DNA of 15,967 nucleotides from Promethearchaeia archaeon (GCA_029856105.1 JAHQWH010000211.1:1-15967); one strand, 5' to 3'; positions 8,125 through 15,967 are shown, counted from the stretch's first letter. The notes: generated from the letters alone by a model not told the origin. Program-made: numbers and translations.

Positions 8125-8661
8125 ATGTTTAAGATGGAGGAATACAAACGCTTTACAGTGTCTCTTCCAAAAGATTTGTACGATAAATTCGAGGCATTTA
8201 GAAACAAAATAGGTATCTCAAGATCAGATAGTATAAGAAAAGCTATGCATTTTTTAATGGTTAGTGAAGAAAATATTTCTGTTGCTTCTGGGAACGTTGT
8301 AGGATGCATTCCAATTATTATGGTGCACGAACATTTTATTGGAAAAACCGAAAAAGAAGACTCTCACGAGCATTCGCATGAAGTCAATCACGATCACGAC
8401 TACCACGACCATAAATACGATTCTAGACCCGTTTATGCTTCAGTTCAACAAACAGATGAAATACTAAAAAATGACATTCAACACCATTTTTATGATATCA
8501 TTATATCAACAATGCACATTCATTTAGAGTTCGAAAAATGTTTGGAAATTATTGCTGTTTCAGGACCATATAATCGCGTCAAAAAATTAAAAGAGGCGCT
8601 ACAAAGGTTAAAAAGCGTAATATCAATTGATTTTTTCATTATCGATAAGGAATTTAAATAA
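8125..8661 (+). CDS. nikR: nickel-responsive regulator NikR with a His-rich insertion
   Basis: N-terminal ribbon-helix-helix (KRFTVSLP...SRSDSIRKAM). The C-terminal NikR domain has Ni ligands H120, H131, H133 and C139 (DIQH...STMHIHL...KCLEIIAVSG). The start may be Met4 (8134). Confidence 0.9.
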   Translation: MFKMEEYKRFTVSLPKDLYDKFEAFRNKIGISRSDSIRKAMHFLMVSEENISVASGNVVGCIPIIMVHEHFIGKTEKEDSHEHSHEVNHDHDYHDHKYDSRPVYASVQQTDEILKNDIQHHFYDIIISTMHIHLEFEKCLEIIAVSGPYNRVKKLKEALQRLKSVISIDFFIIDKEFK

Positions 8662-8945
8662 ATATTTGATGTGTAATTTTAATTATTTCAAAATTTTAAA
8701 AGAAAGAGTTAAGAATAAAAACTTTCCTTCAAATATGAAAAGAAAAAGGATAAGGCGATTATTGAAGTATTTTTTATTCCGTTAGGTCGTGTTAATTGTG
8801 TGTGTTAAAAATAATATACTTTTTTTTAATTAAAAAGTGAAATACAGTGAAAAATTATTAATTTGTATAATAAATTAAATTTAATCGATATTTGGAACCT
8901 ATTGTCTATTAAGAGAGGTTTATTTCAAATAAAATAATAAAATTT

Positions 8946-8974
8946 AAAAAAAAAATTAAAGAATTAAATTCTTT
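8946..8974 (-). terminator. terminator of the histone gene
   Basis: On -, an AT-rich inverted repeat AAAGAAT-TTA-ATTCTTT (8974-8958) is followed by T10 (8955-8946). Confidence 0.5.
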
Positions 8975-8986
8975 TTATAAACTCAT

Positions 8987-9181
8987 TTATAGATCTTTTT
9001 CTTGAACAGTTTTTCGTCCATTTGCTTTAGCGCGGCCGATCGCTGCATCGAGAATGTTTACAATTGCTTCATTAAGGGCAGGACCATCAATAACATCCCC
9101 ACTAGTGTTGCAACCTTTTGACTTAATATACTCTCGAATTTTACTTTTTACAAATAGGACTTCAACTGGTTTTTTAGCCAT
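8987..9181 (-). CDS. histone-fold protein, short-alpha3 (face-to-face/Bd0055-like) class
   Basis: 64 aa: LFVKSKIREYIK (alpha1), NTSGD (L1), RAKANGRKTVQEKDL (L2 RKT...D motif) ending right after DL. Strong SD upstream. Confidence 0.9.
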   Translation of the reverse strand: MAKKPVEVLFVKSKIREYIKSKGCNTSGDVIDGPALNEAIVNILDAAIGRAKANGRKTVQEKDL

Positions 9182-9189
9182 TTTTTTAT

Positions 9190-9198
9190 TCCTCCTTT
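9190..9198 (-). promoter_or_regulatory. Shine-Dalgarno of the histone gene
   Basis: AAAGGAGGA on -; the GGAGG core (9195-9191) lies 9 nt from the ATG. Confidence 0.75.
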
Positions 9199-9256
9199 TA
9201 TTATTAAAATACGTTTTAAAATTAATTAGTGTTTAAAGTATATTTCTCCTTGCTCA

Positions 9257-9264
9257 TATTTAAA
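9257..9264 (-). promoter_or_regulatory. putative TATA box of the histone gene
   Basis: TTTAAATA on -, implying a leader of about 50 nt that contains the SD. Confidence 0.45.
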
Positions 9265-9405
9265 GTTAGTTGAAAAATCATCATAGAAGGTTAATATTCT
9301 TTGTTTACTAGCGATCTAGAAAATATGAGTTCGCCTTAAAAAACACGAGGTACAGACGATAATCATTATGATTTGGAATTATAAAGGCTATTTAAAGAAT
9401 TTGGT

Positions 9406-10923
9406 TTATTCTATTTTTACGCCGGCCACATCTATAGTTCCTTTTGAATTATCTATACCTTCTAGCTTTATGTAATCTTCTAATGATCTCGAAGTTATAA
9501 TTTGAGCGTATTGAGCAATTTGTTTTTCGATGCGTGATGATAAATCTGGTCCTTTTTGTGTTTTAAGTATTTCATCTACTCTTTCTTTAGCAACTGCTAT
9601 AATGTCTTTCGCGCCATTTTTCCTCCATATCCCTCTTTTCTCTCTGTTAATTAGTTTTGGCACAAATATTTCCTTTCTCGTGTTTTTAGCTGTGTGTTTT
9701 ATCGTTAAATAGTTTCTATTTTCAGTTGCTACTTTTCTTATTTGATCTAAGGCGAGAGTTTCTTCAGTTACGGATATACCCTTTAATCCCCGTTTAATAA
9801 TACCTGCCATTTCGTCGTCGATCACAAGTAATTCAAAAGATTCTGATAATAAAGTTTCGTAAGTACCTGCGCATGTAATGAAGTTGTGCCCAGCTGAAGC
9901 CGCAGAATATAAAGTCATGAATCTTTCAAATCCATTTTGAACATCGAAACATTTTGAATCAGTCAGAGCTCCTGACCCCTTGGACGGAATATTGTAATAG
10001 TGAGCTAATTGAGCCGAAGCGATAGTAATAAGTGAAAATTCGATAGAACCATATGCGGGGTTTCCATTAGTCGGATCCATTATCGTATTCGTGGATCCAT
10101 ATAAAACAGGAGTTCCAGGGTTAATTAATTGAGTTAGCACTATAGACGATAACACTTCCATGTTTGTTTGAACAAGCGTACCAGCTAGAGTAACTGGCGA
10201 AGTAGAACCTGCACTTGCTGCTGAGCTTATGAGTAGTGGCTGATTATATTTAGCGAAAATAAAAAGACCATTAAGAAGGATTTTCGTTTGTAAAAGAGGA
10301 GATGTTGGGTTATATACGCCTAACAAGCGGGGTTTTTTAATTAACTCTTCTTCTCCATCTACTATAATAGAAACAAGATTCATCATATCTTGAGAAGCAG
10401 TCTTTCCATAACAAGCCATTCCATAAGGTTTATAGCTATGTCGGCCCCACTCACGTATTGTGTGACAATGTAATTCAGTAAAAGGAACATCATGAGGCCA
10501 TACATCAACCTGAGAGCAAACTATATGTTCTAACCCGTTTACAATTCGAATGTGATTTATGGCATCTTCAAGTGTAGTTTTTCTTACTCCTTTTTTTTTT
10601 GTAGAATCATTAATATTTACTGTGGCTCCCATAGTAGAAAAATTCAAATTAGTTGTATTAACTGTTACTTGATAAGAACCGTCCGGACCATAAAGAGAGA
10701 AGGAATCCGGAACTTTCTTTATTTGTTCAGTAACTAAACTTTCGGGGAACCTAACAAATGTGCTCTTTTCTTTAACGTCAACAATAGCCCCGTGTTCTTT
10801 AAGGAGCTTTATAGCTTCTTCAGACTCTATTTTAACGCCTAAAGATTCAAGCAATTCTATTGAAGAATCGTGGATGCTCTGAATTTCATCTTTATTTAAC
10901 ACTTTCAATTGATTCATTCGCAT
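9406..10923 (-). CDS. trimethylamine methyltransferase (MttB/COG5598) superfamily, non-pyrrolysine
   Basis: IHDSSIELLESLGVK, YNPTSPL, AGSTSPVTLAGTLVQTNMEVL, QLINPGTPVLYG, TDSKCFDVQNGFE, SFELLVIDDE. No in-frame amber; Leu320 sits at the Pyl-equivalent position. Confidence 0.92.
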   Translation of the reverse strand: MRMNQLKVLNKDEIQSIHDSSIELLESLGVKIESEEAIKLLKEHGAIVDVKEKSTFVRFPESLVTEQIKKVPDSFSLYGPDGSYQVTVNTTNLNFSTMGATVNINDSTKKKGVRKTTLEDAINHIRIVNGLEHIVCSQVDVWPHDVPFTELHCHTIREWGRHSYKPYGMACYGKTASQDMMNLVSIIVDGEEELIKKPRLLGVYNPTSPLLQTKILLNGLFIFAKYNQPLLISSAASAGSTSPVTLAGTLVQTNMEVLSSIVLTQLINPGTPVLYGSTNTIMDPTNGNPAYGSIEFSLITIASAQLAHYYNIPSKGSGALTDSKCFDVQNGFERFMTLYSAASAGHNFITCAGTYETLLSESFELLVIDDEMAGIIKRGLKGISVTEETLALDQIRKVATENRNYLTIKHTAKNTRKEIFVPKLINREKRGIWRKNGAKDIIAVAKERVDEILKTQKGPDLSSRIEKQIAQYAQIITSRSLEDYIKLEGIDNSKGTIDVAGVKIE

Positions 10924-11043
10924 TGTAGATCAATAAATTTAATTCTTACAAATTGATTGTTATAATTCATATAAATCATACAAAAATTTTAACAATTAGG
11001 AACATACAAATGATTATTGAAGAGATAATTAAAAATTTTAGAT

Positions 11044-12045
11044 ATGACTATAAAAAAGGTAATCTTATCAAGAGCACCTGTGAGAATTTGTGATATAGGT
11101 GGTTGGACTGACACGTGGTTTTATCCTAAAGGTGCCGTTTTTAGCTTTTGCGTTGATCTTTATAGCAAAGTAAAACTAATGGAAAATGGATTGAATAAAA
11201 TTAGAATTTTCGCCGAAAAATTCGAACAAAGCACTGAAATTATAAATTTTAAAGCAGTTGAATACGATGGAAACTTAGATTTACTAAAATCCGCAGTTAA
11301 AAGGATGAATATTGAAAAAGGATTAGACATTAATGTGAGCGCAGACGCGCCTCCCGGATGTGGAACGGGCACTAGTGCGAGTATTGCTGTTACTTTAATA
11401 TCTGCGCTATCTAAATATAAACAAGTAGACTTAACTAATTATGAAATTGCGCAATTAGCCCATAAACTTGAAACTGAAGAGTTAAACTTGGAAAGTGGAG
11501 TGCAAGATCAGTTTGCTGCCTCTTATGGAGGAATAAATTTTATGGAAATAGATTATCCTGATGTTAAAATATCAAGCGTCAAAATTAACGATAGAAGAAT
11601 TAGAGAATTAGAAACCCAATTTTTATTGTTATTTTTAAGTTCGAGAAGCTCAAATGAAATGCATAGAGCTGTTATAGAAAATTACAAAAAAAAGGATCCA
11701 AATACTATTAATTCGTTTGAGATTATGAAAAATTGTGCGTGGGAAATGAAAAGGGCAATTAAATCTGATTTAACAACTATAGGAGAAATTATGAATAAAA
11801 ATTGGGATGCGCAAAAAAGACTCCATCCATTAATGGTCAACGCAAGCATTACAAACGCAGAAAAAATATCAAAAGATAATGGTGCTCTTGGCTTTAAATG
11901 CAATGGGGCTGGAGGTGGCGGTTCAGCAACCATACTAGCAGATATTGGCCATGAAAACAAAATTAAAGAGAAGCTGATTGAGAAAGGATATACGATACTT
12001 CCATTTAAATTATGTTTTAAGGGAGTCCATAGCAATATAACTTAG
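11044..12045 (+). CDS. GHMP-family sugar kinase, HddA (heptose-7-phosphate kinase)/fucokinase-like
   Basis: RAPVRICDIGGWTD, PPGCGTGTSAS, SGVQDQFAASYGG, NGAGGGG. Confidence 0.88.
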   Translation: MTIKKVILSRAPVRICDIGGWTDTWFYPKGAVFSFCVDLYSKVKLMENGLNKIRIFAEKFEQSTEIINFKAVEYDGNLDLLKSAVKRMNIEKGLDINVSADAPPGCGTGTSASIAVTLISALSKYKQVDLTNYEIAQLAHKLETEELNLESGVQDQFAASYGGINFMEIDYPDVKISSVKINDRRIRELETQFLLLFLSSRSSNEMHRAVIENYKKKDPNTINSFEIMKNCAWEMKRAIKSDLTTIGEIMNKNWDAQKRLHPLMVNASITNAEKISKDNGALGFKCNGAGGGGSATILADIGHENKIKEKLIEKGYTILPFKLCFKGVHSNIT

Positions 12046-12092
12046 TTATCTAAAAGTTTGTGCTTTTTATAGTTTGATTTTAACAATTTAAT

Positions 12093-12899
12093 ATGGGTAT
12101 TCCCGACAATTCCGCAATAGTTTCAAAGATCAAAAGAACATCTGATAAATTGAATATACATAATTTGTTTATCTTCAATAAATCTGGTATATGTATCTAT
12201 GGCTTAAATCTTACAAATTTATACCCCTTAGAGCAAGAACAATTAATCTCCTCATACTTTACAGCGCTAATGTCTTTTACTAAAGAGCTTATAGGAGATA
12301 AAATTAAAACGGTTGAAATGGGTGGAGGTATAAAGTTAGTAGTTTTTGAAAAAAAGAATTTATACTACAACCTTCTGTGTGATACGATCGAAAATTGGCA
12401 GCTCTTAAATGAAATTATTTCCAAAATCCACTCTAAATTTTCAGAATACGTAATTAAAAACGATATAAAAACCGATTTAGAATACATCTATGACGAGCAA
12501 TTAAATTATCTCATCGAAGACATTATTAGGGAACCCTTTAGTAGCGAATTTGATTTAATCAAAGAAGATGAAATTATTAACTTACTCAAAGAACTACACT
12601 TAAACGATGACATAAAGGGCGCTATTCTTTTAACTAATATAGGTAAAGTAGTTTTTTCCTCTTTCAATAAGATGATGATAAACGATTTTTTAAAGGAGGT
12701 TGATTTTAGAGTGAAAATTTGTAATAATACTATTCTAAAATTGTTTTATACCTCTAAAAATAACGAACTAATTTTTTCTGAAAATGTAAATGATCTTTAT
12801 ATTTTAATTCTAATCTTCGATGCCAAAATTAGATTTGGAATGGCAGAATTTTATTTACAGAAAGTTGTAAAGAAAGCAATAAATTTACTAAATGATTAG
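12093..12899 (+). CDS. longin domain + roadblock/LC7-like domain fusion protein
   Basis: The N-domain IHNLFIFNKSGICIY...LISSYFTALMSFTKEL...IKTVEM is longin-like. The C-domain IKGAILLTNIGKVVFSSF...YILILIFD...FGMAEFYLQKVVKKA is roadblock-like. Confidence 0.75.
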   Translation: MGIPDNSAIVSKIKRTSDKLNIHNLFIFNKSGICIYGLNLTNLYPLEQEQLISSYFTALMSFTKELIGDKIKTVEMGGGIKLVVFEKKNLYYNLLCDTIENWQLLNEIISKIHSKFSEYVIKNDIKTDLEYIYDEQLNYLIEDIIREPFSSEFDLIKEDEIINLLKELHLNDDIKGAILLTNIGKVVFSSFNKMMINDFLKEVDFRVKICNNTILKLFYTSKNNELIFSENVNDLYILILIFDAKIRFGMAEFYLQKVVKKAINLLND

Positions 12900-13053
12900 A
12901 ATTAGAAAACCACATTTCTAATCGGTCTATTTTTAGCATTTTGATGATTTGTTGATAAATTTCGCGATTCAGAAAAGATTATTAATTATAAGATGCAACT
13001 TAAAATATTCTGAAATATAATTTACAATAAAAATTTAATGAGTGAACTTTAAT

Positions 13054-13557
13054 ATGACGAAGTCAGAAGAAGACTTAAAAGCCGCTTTTGCGGGCGAATC
13101 TCAAGCCAATAGAAAGTATCTAGCTTTTGCAAAAAAAGCAGAACAAGACGGACTTCCAGGCGTAGCGCGCTTATTTAGAGCGGCGGCGGCGGCAGAAACA
13201 GTACACGCACATAACCACTTGCGTGCGTTGGGAGGCATCAAGTCTACTACCGAAAACTTAAAAGAAGCGATTGAGGGTGAATTTTACGAATTTACAAAAA
13301 TGTACCCTGATTTCATTAGCGACGCCAAAGCTGAAGAAAATAGAAGCGCAGAAAGAACTTTTAATCTTGCTAACGATGTGGAGAAGATACATCATAAACT
13401 TTATCAAAAAGCTCTAGACTTAGTTGAAAGCGGTAAAGATTTAGAGGAAGGGTCAATGTATGTGTGCTCTGTATGTGGGTATACACACGAAGGAGAGCCT
13501 CCAGATGAATGCCCAGTTTGTAAAGCTCCTAAACAAGTATTTAATAAAATCGATTAA
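13054..13557 (+). CDS. rbr: rubrerythrin
   Basis: AFAGESQANRKY, ETVHA, GEFYE...MYP, EKIH and C-terminal CSVCGY...CPVC. The ATG at 13054 is preferred over the GTG at 13042. Confidence 0.95.
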   Translation: MTKSEEDLKAAFAGESQANRKYLAFAKKAEQDGLPGVARLFRAAAAAETVHAHNHLRALGGIKSTTENLKEAIEGEFYEFTKMYPDFISDAKAEENRSAERTFNLANDVEKIHHKLYQKALDLVESGKDLEEGSMYVCSVCGYTHEGEPPDECPVCKAPKQVFNKID

Positions 13558-13588
13558 AATTAATTTAATTTTTCTTTTTATTTGTAAT

Positions 13589-15169
13589 CTACATTATCCA
13601 CGATTTGTAGCCATCTTGGACTTTTTGGAAATAGTTATCAATTGAAAAATTCAAATCCTTTTCAGCCCTTCTTAAAGCGCCCATATTTGCACCATTAAAG
13701 TAATATTCTAGGAGTAATTCGGATATATTTCGATCTCCTAACGATATTAAAGCCTGTAATTTCGCGTTATTAACGATGTTTTTTGGGTTTTTAAATTTAA
13801 TTGAGACAATGTTTTTTAACGCTACTTCTAAAGTTTTAAGTTTCAATTTTAAAACGCTAAGATTATTTGATAAATAAAAGTGACATTTATTTCCGTAGGG
13901 CGTATTTAGCTTAGGAACAAACGGATTAACGTTAACCTTAAGTTCATTCCTCGTAAAACCAATTTTTTTAATGGATTTCAAAAGATTTATAATTTCTAAA
14001 ACATCCTCATCGGTTTCATTTGGCAATCCTACTAGAAAATAAAACTTTACTTTTTTTATCTTAGATTCTTTAATTTGGTTTAAAACTTGTAAAATCTTCT
14101 CGTTAGATATTCTTTTTCCTAAACCGTATCTTAATGATTCTGTACCCGCTTCTGGAGCAATTGTAATCGTTTTAACATCGTTTTTTTCGAATACTTTAAT
14201 GATTTTAGGCGTGATATGTTCTAAACGAATTGAAGGGATGCTAAAGTTCTTGTTTTTATTGATTATAAACTCACATATTTCAACAAATTTAGGATGGGAG
14301 GATATGCACGATCCAATTAGACTAATTTTTTTAAAATTTGAATATTTTATACCATCTTCAATAGTTTTAATTATCTCTTCGTAACTCTTATTTCTAAACG
14401 GAGAATTGTGGAAAGAAGACAAACAAAATTTGCATTGATACGGACAACCTCTACTAACTTCAATAAAATAGTTTTCTTCAAATATCTTATTATTATAATT
14501 ATCATTCTTAGCTAATAATTGAAATTGTGGGGTAGGAGAATCATCTAGATTTTTTAAAACTGCGCGATTTGTTTTGTTATCGAGAGCTGGTATAAAAATA
14601 CCTTCTATATTTTTTACCCGATTAAGAAATGCTTGAAAATTAATTTTTTTTAATTTGTAATCCATGAAAACGTCAAAAAATATATTTAGATTTGGTTCAG
14701 CATCACCGATAAAGAAGAGATCAAAAATATTACTCAACGGTAAAGGATTTGAAGTTACTACGGGGCCTCCACCAATTATGAGGGGATAATTTATTGAGTT
14801 ATGTAAGTAAGAATCGTGACGTTTTTTTGCTTCTAATGGGATTTGGGATTTGTCTAAAATCCATAAAATATTTCTATAATCGTTTTCATAATGAACTGAG
14901 AACCCTAAAATGTCAAAATCTTTAGGTAAAACTTTATTTTCTATACTTCGAAGGCGGTCAATGGAAGATAGATCTTTAGATGCTGGAAATCTTATTTTTT
15001 CAGGAAGGTAAATCCGCTCGCATACAGTTCTTTCCTTGGAGTTAATTAAATGATAAAGTAATCTTATTGAATAGGAAGAAATTCCCAATTTATAACTGTT
15101 TGGATATATTAGACCAAAAGATAAGTCAACATTCCTCCAATCTTTAATAATTACGCTTTCTTCATACAT
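13589..15169 (-). CDS. radical SAM protein with a B12-binding-like N-terminus (TIGR03960-like), function unknown
   Basis: YPNSYKLG, CERIY, FDILGFSVHYE, GGPVVTSNPLP, GDAE, EVSRGCPYQCKFC (CxxxCxxC), TIAPEAG, GLPNET, FVPKLNTP. Confidence 0.88.
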   Translation of the reverse strand: MYEESVIIKDWRNVDLSFGLIYPNSYKLGISSYSIRLLYHLINSKERTVCERIYLPEKIRFPASKDLSSIDRLRSIENKVLPKDFDILGFSVHYENDYRNILWILDKSQIPLEAKKRHDSYLHNSINYPLIIGGGPVVTSNPLPLSNIFDLFFIGDAEPNLNIFFDVFMDYKLKKINFQAFLNRVKNIEGIFIPALDNKTNRAVLKNLDDSPTPQFQLLAKNDNYNNKIFEENYFIEVSRGCPYQCKFCLSSFHNSPFRNKSYEEIIKTIEDGIKYSNFKKISLIGSCISSHPKFVEICEFIINKNKNFSIPSIRLEHITPKIIKVFEKNDVKTITIAPEAGTESLRYGLGKRISNEKILQVLNQIKESKIKKVKFYFLVGLPNETDEDVLEIINLLKSIKKIGFTRNELKVNVNPFVPKLNTPYGNKCHFYLSNNLSVLKLKLKTLEVALKNIVSIKFKNPKNIVNNAKLQALISLGDRNISELLLEYYFNGANMGALRRAEKDLNFSIDNYFQKVQDGYKSWIM

Positions 15170-15206
15170 ATAAAAAAACTCTTAAAAGATTAAGAACTTT
15201 AAGAGA

Positions 15207-15967
15207 TTATACATTAGGTTCTTGTTCTGATTTTAATTTTTTAATTTCTTCTACAATTAAAGGTAAAATAGTGCCTGTTTTGTGGTGAATTACAACCGCT
15301 GCTTTTTCATCCAAATGAGTCGGTTGGTCATTTACAATTATTAATTTTCCCTTTTCCCTTAGCGTATAGAGGGGTAGATCGCATATAGGGGCAACTGAGA
15401 GTGAAGATCCCACAATTAACATAACATCTGCTTTTTTAGCTAAAGCTTGAGATTGGAATATTTCAAATCTTGGTAATCCTTCTCCAAACAAAACAACTGA
15501 AGGTTTGAGTGGTGCTGAGCAAAATTCGCATTGTGGACCCGTTTTTTTCTCTTTCTTCAATTTGCGATAAATTTGCTCTTTTGTATACGAGGCTTTACAA
15601 CCTAAACAATTAAATCTATTAATACTTCCATGTACTTCATAAACAATTATAGAGCCCGCTTTTTGATGAAGTTCATCAATATTTTGAGTAATGACAGCTT
15701 TAACTAAATCCATCTTCTCGAGTTCTGCAAGAGCATAATGTCCTGGATTTGGTTTTGCTTTGAATAGGTTTGGGGCAATTTTATGTGCCAACTCCCAGAA
15801 TTTAGCTGGATTTTTTAAAAACGCTTCGATGTTCCCATAAATCTCAGGCTTATATTTTTCCCAAATACCACCGTCCCCTCTAAAGTCAGGAATCCCAGAT
15901 TCTGTAGAGATTCCTGCCCCAGTTAAAACAATAGCTTCATTAGAATTTAGTATTAGTTCTGCTGCTT
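15207..15967 (-). CDS. cobB: Sir2-family NAD-dependent protein deacylase, 5' end outside the window
   Basis: The frame stays open beyond the called start at 15791 to the window edge: AAELILNSNEAIVLTGAGISTESGIPDFRG...FWELAHK. Also QNIDELHQKAG, HGS, CLGC/CEFC Zn site, KPSVVLFGE, GSSLSVAP. Confidence 0.95.
   Translation of the reverse strand, partial: AAELILNSNEAIVLTGAGISTESGIPDFRGDGGIWEKYKPEIYGNIEAFLKNPAKFWELAHKIAPNLFKAKPNPGHYALAELEKMDLVKAVITQNIDELHQKAGSIIVYEVHGSINRFNCLGCKASYTKEQIYRKLKKEKKTGPQCEFCSAPLKPSVVLFGEGLPRFEIFQSQALAKKADVMLIVGSSLSVAPICDLPLYTLREKGKLIIVNDQPTHLDEKAAVVIHHKTGTILPLIVEEIKKLKSEQEPNV

Noticed and set aside
8046-8309. 87-aa ORF on -
   Set aside because: Antisense to nikR and the end of the AP gene.
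9054-9236. 60-aa ORF on +
   Set aside because: Antisense to the histone gene, which has an SD and conserved motifs.
9964-9966. Pyrrolysine recoding in the MttB homologue
   Set aside because: The codon is CTG and the ORF has no internal TAG.
9530-10737. ORFs 9530-9712 and 10552-10737 (the latter Cys-rich)
   Set aside because: Antisense to the MttB-family gene; the Cys richness is a shadow-frame effect.
11160-12035. 70- and 117-aa ORFs on -, including a PPPPAP motif
   Set aside because: Antisense to the GHMP kinase; the polyproline mirrors its GAGGGG loop.
12978-12991. PerR/Fur-like box upstream of rubrerythrin (ATTATTAATTATAA)
   Set aside because: It does not fit the 7-1-7 geometry and is indistinguishable from AT-rich promoter sequence.
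13460-14384. 61-aa ORFs at 13460-13645 and 14199-14384
   Set aside because: They overlap rubrerythrin and the radical SAM gene in alternative or antisense frames.
15789-15791. ORF-track start of the sirtuin (TTG 15791)
   Set aside because: The essential GAGIS...IPDFR motif lies upstream in the same open frame, so the true start is beyond the window.
1-15967. CRISPR array, IS element, prophage or rRNA
   Set aside because: No regularly spaced repeats, transposase or phage genes, or long GC-rich structural RNA were seen.

Overview
AT-rich archaeal chromosomal window, most likely from an Asgard archaeon of the Lokiarchaeia type. This is inferred from a longin+roadblock protein, an orphan MttB paralogue, an archaeal-type PGK and TATA/oligo-T signals, not from a marker gene. 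In order: 3' end of a tRNA (probably Gly), a Zn-ribbon protein, a 4-TM protein, tRNA-Val(GAC), pgk, and a loose nickel-pincer (NPN) cofactor neighbourhood (larB, membrane protein, TPR protein, larC, and divergently an alkaline-phosphatase-superfamily gene plus nikR). Then come a 64-aa non-HMf-type histone-fold protein, a non-pyrrolysine MttB-family methyltransferase, an HddA-like GHMP kinase, a longin-roadblock fusion, rubrerythrin, a radical SAM protein and a Sir2 deacylase cut by the window edge. No mobile element, integrase or CRISPR array is visible. The most interesting signals are a NikR with a long His-rich insertion facing a LarC without a His tract, the short-alpha3 histone with a Gly-Pro insertion, and two candidate eukaryotic-signature trafficking-type proteins. 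All family calls come from recognising motifs by eye; no searches were run.
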